Source: an uncultured Lachnospiraceae bacterium (GTDB lineage Bacteria > Bacillota > Clostridia > Lachnospirales > Lachnospiraceae). Taken from it: DNA of 32,000 bases. Below are positions 6,851-16,751 of the stretch, in pieces. The stretch is from assembly GCA_963517115.1 (NCBI GenBank), contig CAUQEW010000011.1, positions 104,501 to 136,500 on the forward strand, read 5' to 3'. The notes under the pieces were generated by a model, which saw nothing but the letters and a program-made list of their open reading frames with translations, searched no databases and had not been told where the DNA came from. The position numbers and the translations under genes were made by a program. The stretch's first letter is position 1. Every line of letters begins with the position of its first letter.

Positions 6851-6980
6851 AATTCAATTCAATATTGAAAAAGACATTAAAGGATTTTATATATTTTTTG
6901 ACAAAATGTTCTATCATTTTCACTATTTTTATAATCCAACATATAATACTAATGTAACGAATAAGAATGGAGGTATTATT

Positions 6981-7316
6981 ATGGATGGTATAAAGAAATT
7001 TACTAACAATACCTGTTTTGACCTTGCTATAACTTTAACAGTACGTTCTGGTGAAAGACCCGGTTGTGTTGCAAGAATAGAAGAATTCAATCTTAGGTGT
7101 TCGGAAAGTAAAGTTATCGATTATGGTGGTAAATTCAATCCGTTCCTAGATGGAATTCGAGCATATTCATGCGACCCAGATCAATTCACTGAAACTGGAT
7201 TATTAGTAAAAAAATGTGGCAGTGCTATCGATAAATTACTTAACACAAATAATCATATTACTTTCCTTATTGCAGCCCAATCACTGGTTATATCTGGTTC
7301 TAGCTGCAAAATATAA
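6981..7316 (+). CDS. Hypothetical 111-aa protein with six Cys
   Basis: ATG 6981 follows a GGAGG SD (7-nt spacer). The track start at 6906 has no SD and would contain the candidate promoter. I recognise no family. Confidence 0.6.
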   Translation: MDGIKKFTNNTCFDLAITLTVRSGERPGCVARIEEFNLRCSESKVIDYGGKFNPFLDGIRAYSCDPDQFTETGLLVKKCGSAIDKLLNTNNHITFLIAAQSLVISGSSCKI

Positions 7317-7326
7317 GAAGTTTATA

Positions 7327-7366
7327 AGACAAATCCCCTCGCTTATAGGCGGGGGGGGATTTGTCT
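7327..7366. terminator. Bidirectional terminator between the convergent 111-aa gene and smpB
   Basis: 13-bp stem AAGACAAATCCCC / GGGGATTTGTCTT. The loop region contains a G8 run. Confidence 0.7.
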
Positions 7367-7393
7367 TACGTGTGATGTAGTGAATATATCATA

Positions 7394-7861
7394 TTAATAC
7401 AAATTTTTAACTTTAAATTCCTTCTCTGCTTCTCTTCTTTGATCTTTTTTAGCTATGTCTTCACGTTTATCATAGAGTTTTTTACCTCTTGCTAAACCAA
7501 TTTCAACTTTCACTAAGCTACCCTTTAAGTACAGGGTTAGTGGCACTATCGTATAACCCTTTATTGCCGCCTGACCCATTATTTTATTAATCTCATATTG
7601 ATGCAATAATAATTTCTTTATACGTAAAGGATCTTTATTAAATATATTCCCCTTCTCGTAGGGACTAATATGCATATTATATATATACACTTCGCCATTC
7701 TCAATACGTATAAAAGCTTCTTTCACACTGCCTTTTCCCATACGTAACGATTTTACCTCTGTACCATGAAGCACAATTCCTGCCTCAAAGGTTTCTTCGA
7801 TAAAATAGTCAAATCTTGCTTTTTTATTATTTGCAATCATCTTAATACTATCTTTTGCCAT
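7394..7861 (-). CDS. smpB: SsrA-binding protein SmpB
   Basis: Typical SmpB sequence ([23 protein letters not shown]...). Its size and position next to rnr and ssrA also fit. Confidence 0.95.
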   Translation of the reverse strand: MAKDSIKMIANNKKARFDYFIEETFEAGIVLHGTEVKSLRMGKGSVKEAFIRIENGEVYIYNMHISPYEKGNIFNKDPLRIKKLLLHQYEINKIMGQAAIKGYTIVPLTLYLKGSLVKVEIGLARGKKLYDKREDIAKKDQRREAEKEFKVKNLY

Positions 7862-7912
7862 TTCCCTGTCACGTGAAATAGTTACTTCACGTTATCCTCC
7901 CATCTACCTGAT

Positions 7913-10060
7913 TTATTGATCTTCTTCCTCAGGCATTCCTTCTACTAAAACAAAATCAATGGTTCGAAGCAGCTTATCCGTTGCCACAACCTCTACCTTT
8001 ACTTTTTCACCTAACTTATAAGTTTTGTGAGTATGCTCACCTATCATAGAATAATGTACTTCATCATAAACGTAGTAATCATCTTTCAAATCAGATACTT
8101 TGATCATGCCTTCTACCGTATTCGGCAATTCTACATACATACCCCAAGTTGTAATACCAGAAATTACTCCTTCAAAAGTATCACCTATATAGTTACTCAT
8201 ATATTCTACTTTCTTTAATTTTTCAACCTCACGCTCTGAATCATCTGCACGACGTTCTGTCAAACTTGCCTGCCTTGCAATATCCGGAAGTATTTTATTA
8301 TAATGTTTGATTCTTTTTTCACCTAATCCCCCGCGAAGATTCTCTTTGATAATTCTATGGATCTGTAAATCGGGATATCTTCTAATTGGTGAAGTAAAAT
8401 GACAATAATATTTTGTTGCTAATCCAAAATGCCCATCACTGGTAGTAGTATACTTTGCTCGCTTCATGGATCTGAGTGTCAGTCTGCTAATTAATGCTTC
8501 CTCTGGGGTATTGTCGATTTTAACCAATAATTTCTGTAATTCCTTCGGATGAATCTCGTCTTGGTTAATTTTAATGCTATATCCAAAATTGTTTATAAAG
8601 ATACCCAACTGCTGGATCTTCTCAGAATCCGGATTATCATGGCTTCGATAAACGAAAGGTAATTCCTGCCAGAAGAAGTCTTCTGCTATCGTTTCGTTAG
8701 CAAGCAACATAAAGTCTTCAATAATCTTTGTCGCTTTATTCCTCTCATATGGCTTAATATCAATTGGATGACCCTCTTTATCTAGTATAATCTTACTTTC
8801 CGGGAAATCAAAATCAATAGATCCTCTTTTTCTTCTCGTCTCACGTAGAATATCTGCTAATACCAGCATCTGCTCAAACATAGGAACTAATTCTTCATAT
8901 TCCTTTCTTTCAACTTCATCATGGTCTTCTAAAATCTTTTTCACACTAGTGTAAGTCATTCTTCTATCTACACGAAGTACTGTTTCTGCAATCTCATGGC
9001 CTACGACAGTTCCATGTTCATCGATGTCCATAAAACAACTAAGTGCCAGTCGATCTGTACCTGCATTTAGGGAACAGATACCATTGGATAGCTTATGAGG
9101 CAACATAGGAATCACTCGATCCACTAAATATACACTGGTACCTCTCTTAACAGCTTCCTTATCCAATGCAGAATCTTCTGTTACATAATTGGTAACGTCT
9201 GCAATATGCACACCCAAACGAAATAGATTACCTTCTTTTGAGAGGGTAATGGCATCATCTAGATCCTTCGCATCCTCACCGTCAATCGTAACAGTCTGTA
9301 AATTTCTAATATCTTTTCTTCCTCCAATTTCCTTCTGATCAATCTCTTCAGGAACAGATTCGACTTGTTTCATCACTTCTTCTGGGAATACAGTAGGCAA
9401 GTTATTGGCCATAATAACTGATAGTATATCAACACCTGGATCATTAATATGTCCAAGAATTTCAATTATCTTGCCTTCCGGATTTTTCTCTTTATCACCA
9501 AAATCTGTGATCTTTACTACCACCTTATGCCCATTCACTGCACCTTTGGTACGTTCTTTTGGAATAAAGATATCCTTACTGAATTTTTGATTATCTGCAA
9601 TAACAAAACCAAAATTTTTACTCTTCTCGAAAGTTCCTACGATTGTGCTGTTCGCCCTTTCTACAATACGAATAATCTCGCCTTCTCTTCTCTTGCCTGT
9701 CTTTTCTTCCTTAACACTTACAACTACTTTATCATTGTGCATTGCACCCTTTGTTGCACTCTCAGGAACAAAAATATCATCTTGCTCACCTTCAACAATA
9801 ACAAAACCAAATCCTCTCTGAGTTCCGGCAAAAATTCCTGTCTTAGTATTTGCTTCTGCTGCTTGATATTTGCCTTTCTCATCCAAGGCCAATATACCAT
9901 CTGCCAGTAAAGCCTCTAAAACTTCTCGCAAATCTTGTTTCTCATTGCGAGGTACTTGCAAAATACCTACTAAATCTTTAAATTTCATAGGATGATATTC
10001 TTTGCTATTCACAAATTCTACTAGAATCTTTTTCTTTTCATCTAAAATAAGTTTTTCCAT
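7913..10060 (-). CDS. rnr: Ribonuclease R
   Basis: RNB-domain motifs (DGEDAKDLDDA, HIADV, SPIRRYPDL), a C-terminal S1 domain, and N-terminal cold-shock-like folds. 715 aa. Confidence 0.95.
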   Translation of the reverse strand: MEKLILDEKKKILVEFVNSKEYHPMKFKDLVGILQVPRNEKQDLREVLEALLADGILALDEKGKYQAAEANTKTGIFAGTQRGFGFVIVEGEQDDIFVPESATKGAMHNDKVVVSVKEEKTGKRREGEIIRIVERANSTIVGTFEKSKNFGFVIADNQKFSKDIFIPKERTKGAVNGHKVVVKITDFGDKEKNPEGKIIEILGHINDPGVDILSVIMANNLPTVFPEEVMKQVESVPEEIDQKEIGGRKDIRNLQTVTIDGEDAKDLDDAITLSKEGNLFRLGVHIADVTNYVTEDSALDKEAVKRGTSVYLVDRVIPMLPHKLSNGICSLNAGTDRLALSCFMDIDEHGTVVGHEIAETVLRVDRRMTYTSVKKILEDHDEVERKEYEELVPMFEQMLVLADILRETRRKRGSIDFDFPESKIILDKEGHPIDIKPYERNKATKIIEDFMLLANETIAEDFFWQELPFVYRSHDNPDSEKIQQLGIFINNFGYSIKINQDEIHPKELQKLLVKIDNTPEEALISRLTLRSMKRAKYTTTSDGHFGLATKYYCHFTSPIRRYPDLQIHRIIKENLRGGLGEKRIKHYNKILPDIARQASLTERRADDSEREVEKLKKVEYMSNYIGDTFEGVISGITTWGMYVELPNTVEGMIKVSDLKDDYYVYDEVHYSMIGEHTHKTYKLGEKVKVEVVATDKLLRTIDFVLVEGMPEEEDQ

Positions 10061-10315
10061 TTAACCTCCATAATTCTCAAGCTACCGAAAGCTTGAAAAT
10101 TCTCACATTCACATAGTACATTTTTAGATTCATAATTCATATATTAATTTCAGCTTATGCTATGTTAGTCACATGTGCATAAATTAATCCCACTTTGTGA
10201 ACTATCATTTACTAACTAGTATACCATATTTCTCCTATAATTAATACATATAAATTAATATTGATGTAGATGTAATGTAGGCTAAAGGCTAATTTTGTTG
10301 AACTTAATTAATTTT

Positions 10316-12310
10316 TTATTGTTCAATTTGGCTCTTATGCTTTTGGAAGAAATCTATTTTAGGCTCTAAAAATTTCAACTTATGTGAGTTAAAATCATCA
10401 ATTAATTCATATAAAGTCGAAAAGATATAATCCCAATTCCAAAGTTTTTCATCGACATTCAGAAAGTCTCTTATCATTTCACAACCATTTGGTGCAATAG
10501 GATGAACCAAGGCAGCAGCTGTTCTTACCACGTGAAAAGAATCAATTAATATCTGCTTTCTAAGTTCTTCATTGCCAGTAGATTCTGCAACTCTCATATT
10601 ATTTACCCAATATTTATTCATATTACGGATATAGGTATCTAAAACATAGGTTATACTATGGAATTCATGATTATACATGTGCCTTTCATATAGGAGCACG
10701 GTTTCTTTTGATTCTTCCATAATCTGTTGACTAATATAACCCATAGGAATTGTTGAATCATAATAATTTTGCACTGTATAAAAGCAGGATCGTACTAAAC
10801 GATTGAGCACATTTGTAAGCAAATTTCCCTCTTTTAATACAATATCTGGACCTTGTCTATCTTCACTTGACATATATACTTGTGGCTGGAAACTAACACT
10901 TTTATTAGATAATCCAAGACTTAGAAAGTGTATACGCAACTGTTCAGATGTATAATATTGTAATAATTCTTTTGCCATCGGCGGCTTTACATTGCTGCTG
11001 CTACTTGCCTTCTTATCCATAAACAATATGTGTTTATTTGCAATTAGAAAAGGTAAAGAAATTTCACTCATATTAGGAAATCCTTTATCTTTTTCATTAT
11101 GAAGAGCAGTAAACAATGCCATTTCTGCTATTCCATAAAAATATATATTATCTTCCCCTATAAATTGATACACCATTGAATCTTTTGAGTTCCACCATTT
11201 TGTCCAATCATTACTATCTAAACCAATCGATTCAAGGTATGCTTTTGTAAATGAAATGGGTGCCCAAAGAGACTCTGGCCATACCCAAAAAGTTAATTCA
11301 TTTAGATTTTCCTTTTCCGGTAATTTTACACCCCATTTAGTATTTCCTGATAAGCGGAAGGGAACCAATGTTTTACCGGTTCGAAAATGAATTCCCTTAG
11401 TATGAAAGACTTCACGTGCTATATCTCTGTCTCTTAAACTTTTAAACACAAAAGTAACGGAAGACTTCTTTTCCTCTGCGATAATTGTATGGTTTGGCAG
11501 CATAATTTCAAGCTTATTCATATCTTCTATTTGCTCTTTCTTAACATAAATATAAGGTGGTTTTAAAAATTCCTCGATAGTATTAATTACATATTTGCGT
11601 GAATTAGAATGCTCTCTCAGATAATTAATTCTCTCCTTTAACATATCATTACATTCATCCAGCTTAAAATACCAATTAGTCACATCTTTCACTTCAGGTG
11701 TTTTTCCTGATAATGTGCTTTTTGGTTGAAGTAATTCATTTGGCATATATTGATGTCCCAAAGAACATTCATCTGCATATGCTTTATCGGAAGAACAACC
11801 TTCTATAGGACATTTTCCAAGTACCTGTCTTCCGTTTAAAAACACTTGAAAATCCGGATCAAAAAATTGAGGGTTTGACATCTGTATTAAATAACCATTA
11901 TCATAAAGCCTATCAAATATTTCTTTTGACACTTCTTCGTGAATTTCGCCGGTCCTATCAAGTGCAGAGGCACCATATAAATTTATACTAATATCAAAAT
12001 TATCTAAAGTTTCTTTTTGTGAAGCATGATTTTTCCGAACATAATCCTGAATAGTACCAATATTTTCACCACTTTCAACTAATTTACGATAACTCTCTGA
12101 AATCGGTGAACCATAACAGTCTGTACCCGATATAAATATAACATTTTCTTTGCCGATTCTATCCCGTAAGAATCTAGCAAATGTATCCGCGTGTACAAAC
12201 ATACCTCCGATATGTCCGAAATGAAGTTCTTTGTTACCATATGGCATACCCGCTGTAATTACAGCCTTTTTGGGAAATACCGATCTTTCCGATTTATTAA
12301 AATTACCCAT
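10316..12310 (-). CDS. metG: Methionine--tRNA ligase (divergent type)
   Basis: Class-I HIGH-like HFGH, connective-peptide Cys knuckle CPIEGCSS...ECSLGH, and a KMSKS-position motif reading KASSS. A T-box leader with AUG triplets at the expected specifier position lies upstream. Confidence 0.8.
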   Translation of the reverse strand: MGNFNKSERSVFPKKAVITAGMPYGNKELHFGHIGGMFVHADTFARFLRDRIGKENVIFISGTDCYGSPISESYRKLVESGENIGTIQDYVRKNHASQKETLDNFDISINLYGASALDRTGEIHEEVSKEIFDRLYDNGYLIQMSNPQFFDPDFQVFLNGRQVLGKCPIEGCSSDKAYADECSLGHQYMPNELLQPKSTLSGKTPEVKDVTNWYFKLDECNDMLKERINYLREHSNSRKYVINTIEEFLKPPYIYVKKEQIEDMNKLEIMLPNHTIIAEEKKSSVTFVFKSLRDRDIAREVFHTKGIHFRTGKTLVPFRLSGNTKWGVKLPEKENLNELTFWVWPESLWAPISFTKAYLESIGLDSNDWTKWWNSKDSMVYQFIGEDNIYFYGIAEMALFTALHNEKDKGFPNMSEISLPFLIANKHILFMDKKASSSSNVKPPMAKELLQYYTSEQLRIHFLSLGLSNKSVSFQPQVYMSSEDRQGPDIVLKEGNLLTNVLNRLVRSCFYTVQNYYDSTIPMGYISQQIMEESKETVLLYERHMYNHEFHSITYVLDTYIRNMNKYWVNNMRVAESTGNEELRKQILIDSFHVVRTAAALVHPIAPNGCEMIRDFLNVDEKLWNWDYIFSTLYELIDDFNSHKLKFLEPKIDFFQKHKSQIEQ

Positions 12311-12590
12311 TAAAAAACGCCTCCTTCAAAATATATTGAAGGGGCGAGATTCCGCGGTACCACCCTTTTTTATTAATATGTCACCATATTAATCTCATCG
12401 AGTACAATTATTATACTCTAGTTCTGTAACGTGAACCCACGTCATAGCATCACTAATTAACCATAACGGTTTAATCAGATCCGTATGCGGCTCCGAGGCT
12501 TGTTTCATCAGATAATACACTACTCCTTCTCATCAACGGAGTTTTCTGTAAGCTTTTAAATGACTACTTTTCTCTTCATAGCTCTTATTT
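12311..12590 (-). promoter_or_regulatory. T-box leader (tRNA-sensing riboswitch), probable Met specifier
   Basis: On the minus strand the conserved T-box sequence AAGGGTGGTACCGCG (12367..12353) overlaps the 5' half of a terminator, CGCCCCTTCAA...TTGAAGGAGGCG + TTTTTT (12346..12312). A Stem-I GA motif GTTGATGAGAAGGAGTAG is present. AUG triplets lie at 12450..12448 and 12445..12443, on the 3' side of Stem I. Confidence 0.8.
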
Positions 12591-12596
12591 TTTCTT

Positions 12597-12625
12597 AGTA
12601 TATTCAAATAATATCCATTTGTCAA
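12597..12625 (-). promoter_or_regulatory. sigmaA promoter of the T-box/metG unit (TTGACA-17-TATACT)
   Basis: Minus strand: TTGACA (12625..12620), 17-nt spacer, TATACT (12602..12597). Confidence 0.7.
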
Positions 12626-12628
12626 TAG

Positions 12629-12676
12629 TATTATTCAATTTTTAACTTTATATATTATTCAATTTTTAATTTTATA
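12629..12676. repeat. Tandem 24-bp duplication (TATTATTCAATTTTTAA[C/T]TTTATA x2) just upstream of the metG -35
   Basis: 12629-12652 and 12653-12676 differ at one base. A partial third copy follows. Confidence 0.8.
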
Positions 12677-12749
12677 ATTTTTAAACTTTAATTTTGTGAA
12701 AGCCCTCAACACACTATACAACTTTTCGAAGCTAAGATAACCAAGCCTT

Positions 12750-12781
12750 AAAAAAGGCACCCTGCTTATGCAGAGTGCCTT
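12750..12781 (-). terminator. secG terminator
   Basis: Minus strand: AAGGCACTCTGC-ATAA-GCAGGGTGCCTT followed by TTTTT. Confidence 0.75.
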
Positions 12782-12798
12782 CACTAAACCTTTAATAT

Positions 12799-13035
12799 CT
12801 AAATTAAATTAAGTACAATGGATAGAAGAATAAATCCAACAGCAAGTGCTTTTGTAAACTTTTCTAAAGCACCTTCCATAGAACGTCCTTTATTCTTACC
12901 CCAATAAGTATCAGCTACACCATTTATTGATCCTGACAGTCCTGCTGACTTGCCTTCTTGCATTAATACAACAACAACTAATGCGATACAAATTAAAACA
13001 TAAATAATTGTTATAATTACTTTTAATATTGCCAT
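12799..13035 (-). CDS. secG: Preprotein translocase subunit SecG
   Basis: A 78-aa two-TM protein with LMQ.GK..GL.....G signature. ATG 13035 (or 13038) follows an AGGAGG SD. The longer track start lacks an SD. Confidence 0.85.
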   Translation of the reverse strand: MAILKVIITIIYVLICIALVVVVLMQEGKSAGLSGSINGVADTYWGKNKGRSMEGALEKFTKALAVGFILLSIVLNLI

Positions 13036-13117
13036 CATCACACCTCCTAAAGCTTCAAAACTAATTCTATCATACAATGATACAGATTTCAACTACTTTT
13101 CGTACAAGTTTAACGGC

Positions 13118-14662
13118 CTATCTTTTAATAAGTAGAGATTTTCCTGTCATATCGGAAGGTTGTGTCATACCCATCATTTCAATTAAAGTTGGTGCTATAT
13201 CTGCTAAACATCCACCTTCTGCTAAATCATACTCTTTATCATAATTTACTAAAATAAAAGGAACTTCATTAATAGTATGCGCTGTGAATGGCTCACCGTT
13301 CGTGTAATCAATTAACTGCTCTGCATTTCCATGATCTGCACAGATAAACATTTGTCCATCCACAGACAGTAATGCTTCATATGCCATTCCCACACATTTA
13401 TCAACAGCTTCTACAGCCTTAATAGCAGCCTGCTCGATTCCTGTGTGTCCAACCATATCAGGGTTTGCAAAATTTACAACTATTACATCATATTTAAGAG
13501 ATTTAATCGCTTCTACCAAATTCTTTGCTACATCAAAAGCACTCATTTCTGGCTGTAAATCATAAGTAGCAACCTTAGGTGAATTAACTAAGCTTCTCTC
13601 TTCCCCTTCATTTGGGATCTCTACTCCACCATTAAAGAAAAAGGTTACATGGGCATACTTTTCAGTTTCCGCAAGTCTCAACTGTTTTTTGTTGTTAGCT
13701 GCTAAGAATTGACCAAAAGTATTATCGATAGAAACCTTATGGAAAGCAACGATCTTATGATCAATTGTCACATCATATTCCGAAAAACATACATAAGTTA
13801 AAGGCATTCTTCCTTTTTCTCTTTTAAAACCAGAGAATTTATCATCACAGAAAGCTCTTGTAATCTCTCTAGCACGGTCTGGTCTAAAATTAAAGAAGAT
13901 CACAGAATCATTTTCTTTAATCGTTGCTACAGGTTTTCCATTCTCCATTATAACAGTTGGTAATACAAATTCATCATTAATTCCTGCATCATAGGATTTT
14001 TGAATCGCAGCAATTCCACATTCCGCAGTTTCACCTTCACCCAATACCATTGCTTGATAAGCTTTTTCTACTCTATCCCATCTGTTATCACGATCCATTA
14101 CGTAGTAACGACCCATAACGGATGCAATCTTTCCTACACCAAGCTCTTCCATCTTTTTCGTTAATGCTTCTACAAATCCCTTTCCAGACGTAGGAGAGGT
14201 ATCTCTGCCATCTAAGAAAGCATGAACATAAACGTTATTAAAACCTTGTCTCTTTGCTAATTCAAGCAAACCATAAACATGTGTGATATGGCTGTGAACG
14301 CCACCATCAGATAATAATCCATATAAATGTAAATCAGATCCGTTTTTCTTGCAATTTTTGATAGCTTCTAATAAAGCTTTATTCTCAAAGAAGTCGCCAT
14401 CCTTAATTTCCTTTGTTATTCTAGTCAACTCTTGATATATAATTCTTCCTGCTCCCATGTTCAGATGTCCTACTTCAGAATTACCCATCTGTCCTTCCGG
14501 AAGACCAACTGCCAGACCACTAGCGTTACCTTTTACAAATGGATATTCTGTCATAAGTTTATCTAACATCGGGGTTTCAGCTAATTGTACTGCATTTCCT
14601 TCTTTTTTTTCATTTAAACCATAACCATCTAATATCATCAATACCGTAGGCTTTTTGCTCAT
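13118..14662 (-). CDS. gpmI: 2,3-bisphosphoglycerate-independent phosphoglycerate mutase
   Basis: iPGM signatures (LMILDG.G, GNSEVGH.N.GAGR, ADHGNAE). 514 aa. Confidence 0.95.
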   Translation of the reverse strand: MSKKPTVLMILDGYGLNEKKEGNAVQLAETPMLDKLMTEYPFVKGNASGLAVGLPEGQMGNSEVGHLNMGAGRIIYQELTRITKEIKDGDFFENKALLEAIKNCKKNGSDLHLYGLLSDGGVHSHITHVYGLLELAKRQGFNNVYVHAFLDGRDTSPTSGKGFVEALTKKMEELGVGKIASVMGRYYVMDRDNRWDRVEKAYQAMVLGEGETAECGIAAIQKSYDAGINDEFVLPTVIMENGKPVATIKENDSVIFFNFRPDRAREITRAFCDDKFSGFKREKGRMPLTYVCFSEYDVTIDHKIVAFHKVSIDNTFGQFLAANNKKQLRLAETEKYAHVTFFFNGGVEIPNEGEERSLVNSPKVATYDLQPEMSAFDVAKNLVEAIKSLKYDVIVVNFANPDMVGHTGIEQAAIKAVEAVDKCVGMAYEALLSVDGQMFICADHGNAEQLIDYTNGEPFTAHTINEVPFILVNYDKEYDLAEGGCLADIAPTLIEMMGMTQPSDMTGKSLLIKR

Positions 14663-14695
14663 TTTGATTACTCCTTAATAAGAATTAAATTAATA

Positions 14696-14730
14696 CAAAA
14701 ACTTAGATGTGGTTATGCACCACACCTAAG
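14696..14730 (-). terminator. Intra-operon hairpin with U-tract between tpiA and gpmI (partial terminator or processing site)
   Basis: 12-bp stem CTTAGGTGTGGT/ACCACATCTAAG (one mismatch) with loop GCATA on the minus strand, then TTTTTG. Confidence 0.5.
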
Positions 14731-14747
14731 ATATGAATTTAACGTAA

Positions 14748-15494
14748 TTATTTATAATTAACTATCTTACCAAAATCTGGTTTTAAGCTGGCACCACCAA
14801 CTAATCCTCCATCAATATCAGGTTGGGAGAATAACTCTGCTGCACTTGCTGCAGAAACACTACCACCGTATTGAATACGGATTGCTGCTGCTGTTGCAAC
14901 ATCATAAATTTCTGAGATGCATTCGCGGATTGCCTTACAAACCTCTTGTGCCTGTTCTGTTGTTGCTACCTTACCGGTACCAATAGCCCAAATAGGTTCA
15001 TAAGCGATAACTGCTGTCTTAGCTTGATCAGATGTTACAGCTAAGAAAGCAATCTTAATCTGTTGGCGAATGAAATCAATTGTAACGCCTTGTTCTCTTT
15101 GAGTAAGGGATTCTCCACAGCAAACAATCGGTGTAATACCGTGTTCAAATGCTTTTAATACTTTTTTATTAACAATAACATCTGTTTCAGCAAAGTATTC
15201 TCTTCTCTCAGAATGTCCAATAATTACGTATTTTACTCCGATATCGGTTAACATATTAGGAGCTACTTCTCCTGTAAATGCACCATTTTCTTCAAAGTAC
15301 ATATTTTCAGCACCAATTTCAATATTTGAACCTTTTGCTGCTTCGATAGCTGTAGTTAATGAAATTGTTGGTACACAAAAAACTACATCTGCATCTTTCG
15401 TTGCTACTAAAGGTTTTAATTCATTTATTAATGTAACTGTCTCACTAGGAGTTTTATTCATCTTCCAGTTACCTGCAATAATCTTCTTACGCAT
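14748..15494 (-). CDS. tpiA: Triose-phosphate isomerase
   Basis: [25 protein letters not shown] and GGASL motifs. Confidence 0.95.
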   Translation of the reverse strand: MRKKIIAGNWKMNKTPSETVTLINELKPLVATKDADVVFCVPTISLTTAIEAAKGSNIEIGAENMYFEENGAFTGEVAPNMLTDIGVKYVIIGHSERREYFAETDVIVNKKVLKAFEHGITPIVCCGESLTQREQGVTIDFIRQQIKIAFLAVTSDQAKTAVIAYEPIWAIGTGKVATTEQAQEVCKAIRECISEIYDVATAAAIRIQYGGSVSAASAAELFSQPDIDGGLVGGASLKPDFGKIVNYK

Positions 15495-15510
15495 AATTTG
15501 TTCTCCTTAA

Positions 15511-16704
15511 CTATTTATCGTTTGCTGCTGCAACACCAGGAAGTTCTTTTCCTTCTAAGAATTCAAGGGAAGCTCCACCACCTGTAGAAATATGAGTCAT
15601 CTTATCGCCAAAGCCTAAGATATTAACAGCTGCAGCAGAATCTCCACCACCAATAATGGTTATAGCATCAATTTCTGCTAATGCTTTCGCAACAGCTACA
15701 GTACCTTTTGCAAAATTCGACATTTCGAATACACCCATTGGTCCATTCCAAACGACAGTTTTAGCACTCTTGATTGCATCAGTATATAATGCACAAGTCT
15801 TTTCTCCAATATCAAGACCTAGCCAACCAGCTTCCATTCCGCCAGTTTCTACTGTTTTGAATTCAGCATCATTGGAAAATTCTTTTGCAACTACAGAATC
15901 GACAGGAATTAATAAATTAACGCCTTTCTTCTTAGCCTTTTCCATCATTTCTTTTGCATATTCGAGATAGTCTTCTTCTAATAAAGAGTTACCAACTTCT
16001 TCTCCTAATGCTTTCATAAAGGTAAATGACATACCTCCACCTATAATTAAGGTATCAACTTTATCTAAAAGATTATTAATAACTGAAATCTTACTAGATA
16101 CCTTTGATCCACCTAAAATTGCAACGAAAGGTCTTTCTGGTTTATTTACTGCATTTCCTAAGAAATCTATTTCTTTTTGCATTAAGTAACCAACTACTGC
16201 TGTATCAACATATTTTGTTACACCAACATTAGAGCAATGTGCTCTATGAGCTGTACCAAAAGCATCATTAACAAATATATCACAAAGAGATGCTAATTCT
16301 TCACTGAAAGCATCTACATTCTTAGTCTCTTCTGCTCTATAACGGGTGTTCTCAAGAAGAACAACATCGCCATCTTTCATAGCAGCAACTGCTGCCTTAG
16401 CATTTTCCCCAACTACAGTTGCATCTGCAGCAAATGTAACAGGCTGTCCAAGTAATTCTGCCATTCTAACAGCAACTGGAGCTAAAGATAATTCTGGTTT
16501 AGGTTCTCCCTTGGGTTTACCAAGATGAGAGCAAAGAATAACCTTTCCTCCGTCACCAATTAATTTCTTAATGGTTGGAAGAGCAGCTACAAGACGGTTT
16601 TCGTCTGTAATTCTTCCTTCTTGTAATGGAACATTAAAATCACATCTTACTAATACTCTTTTACCTTTTACATTAATATCATCCACTGATTTTTTATTTA
16701 GCAT
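15511..16704 (-). CDS. pgk: Phosphoglycerate kinase
   Basis: [15 protein letters not shown] and GGGDSAAAV motifs. ATG 16704 follows an AAAGGAG SD (8-nt spacer). The track start at 16728 sits upstream of that SD. Confidence 0.95.
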   Translation of the reverse strand: MLNKKSVDDINVKGKRVLVRCDFNVPLQEGRITDENRLVAALPTIKKLIGDGGKVILCSHLGKPKGEPKPELSLAPVAVRMAELLGQPVTFAADATVVGENAKAAVAAMKDGDVVLLENTRYRAEETKNVDAFSEELASLCDIFVNDAFGTAHRAHCSNVGVTKYVDTAVVGYLMQKEIDFLGNAVNKPERPFVAILGGSKVSSKISVINNLLDKVDTLIIGGGMSFTFMKALGEEVGNSLLEEDYLEYAKEMMEKAKKKGVNLLIPVDSVVAKEFSNDAEFKTVETGGMEAGWLGLDIGEKTCALYTDAIKSAKTVVWNGPMGVFEMSNFAKGTVAVAKALAEIDAITIIGGGDSAAAVNILGFGDKMTHISTGGGASLEFLEGKELPGVAAANDK

Positions 16705-16751
16705 GTGTGTGACTCCTTTCAGTATCATATAATTGGAACTTTTTTATATTT

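Noticed and set aside
12540-12600. A tandem (double) T-box, because a second GA-motif-like segment (ATGAAGAGAAAAGTAG) precedes Stem I
   Set aside because: Only one T-box sequence and one terminator/antiterminator are present. The upstream segment probably belongs to the 5' end of the single leader.
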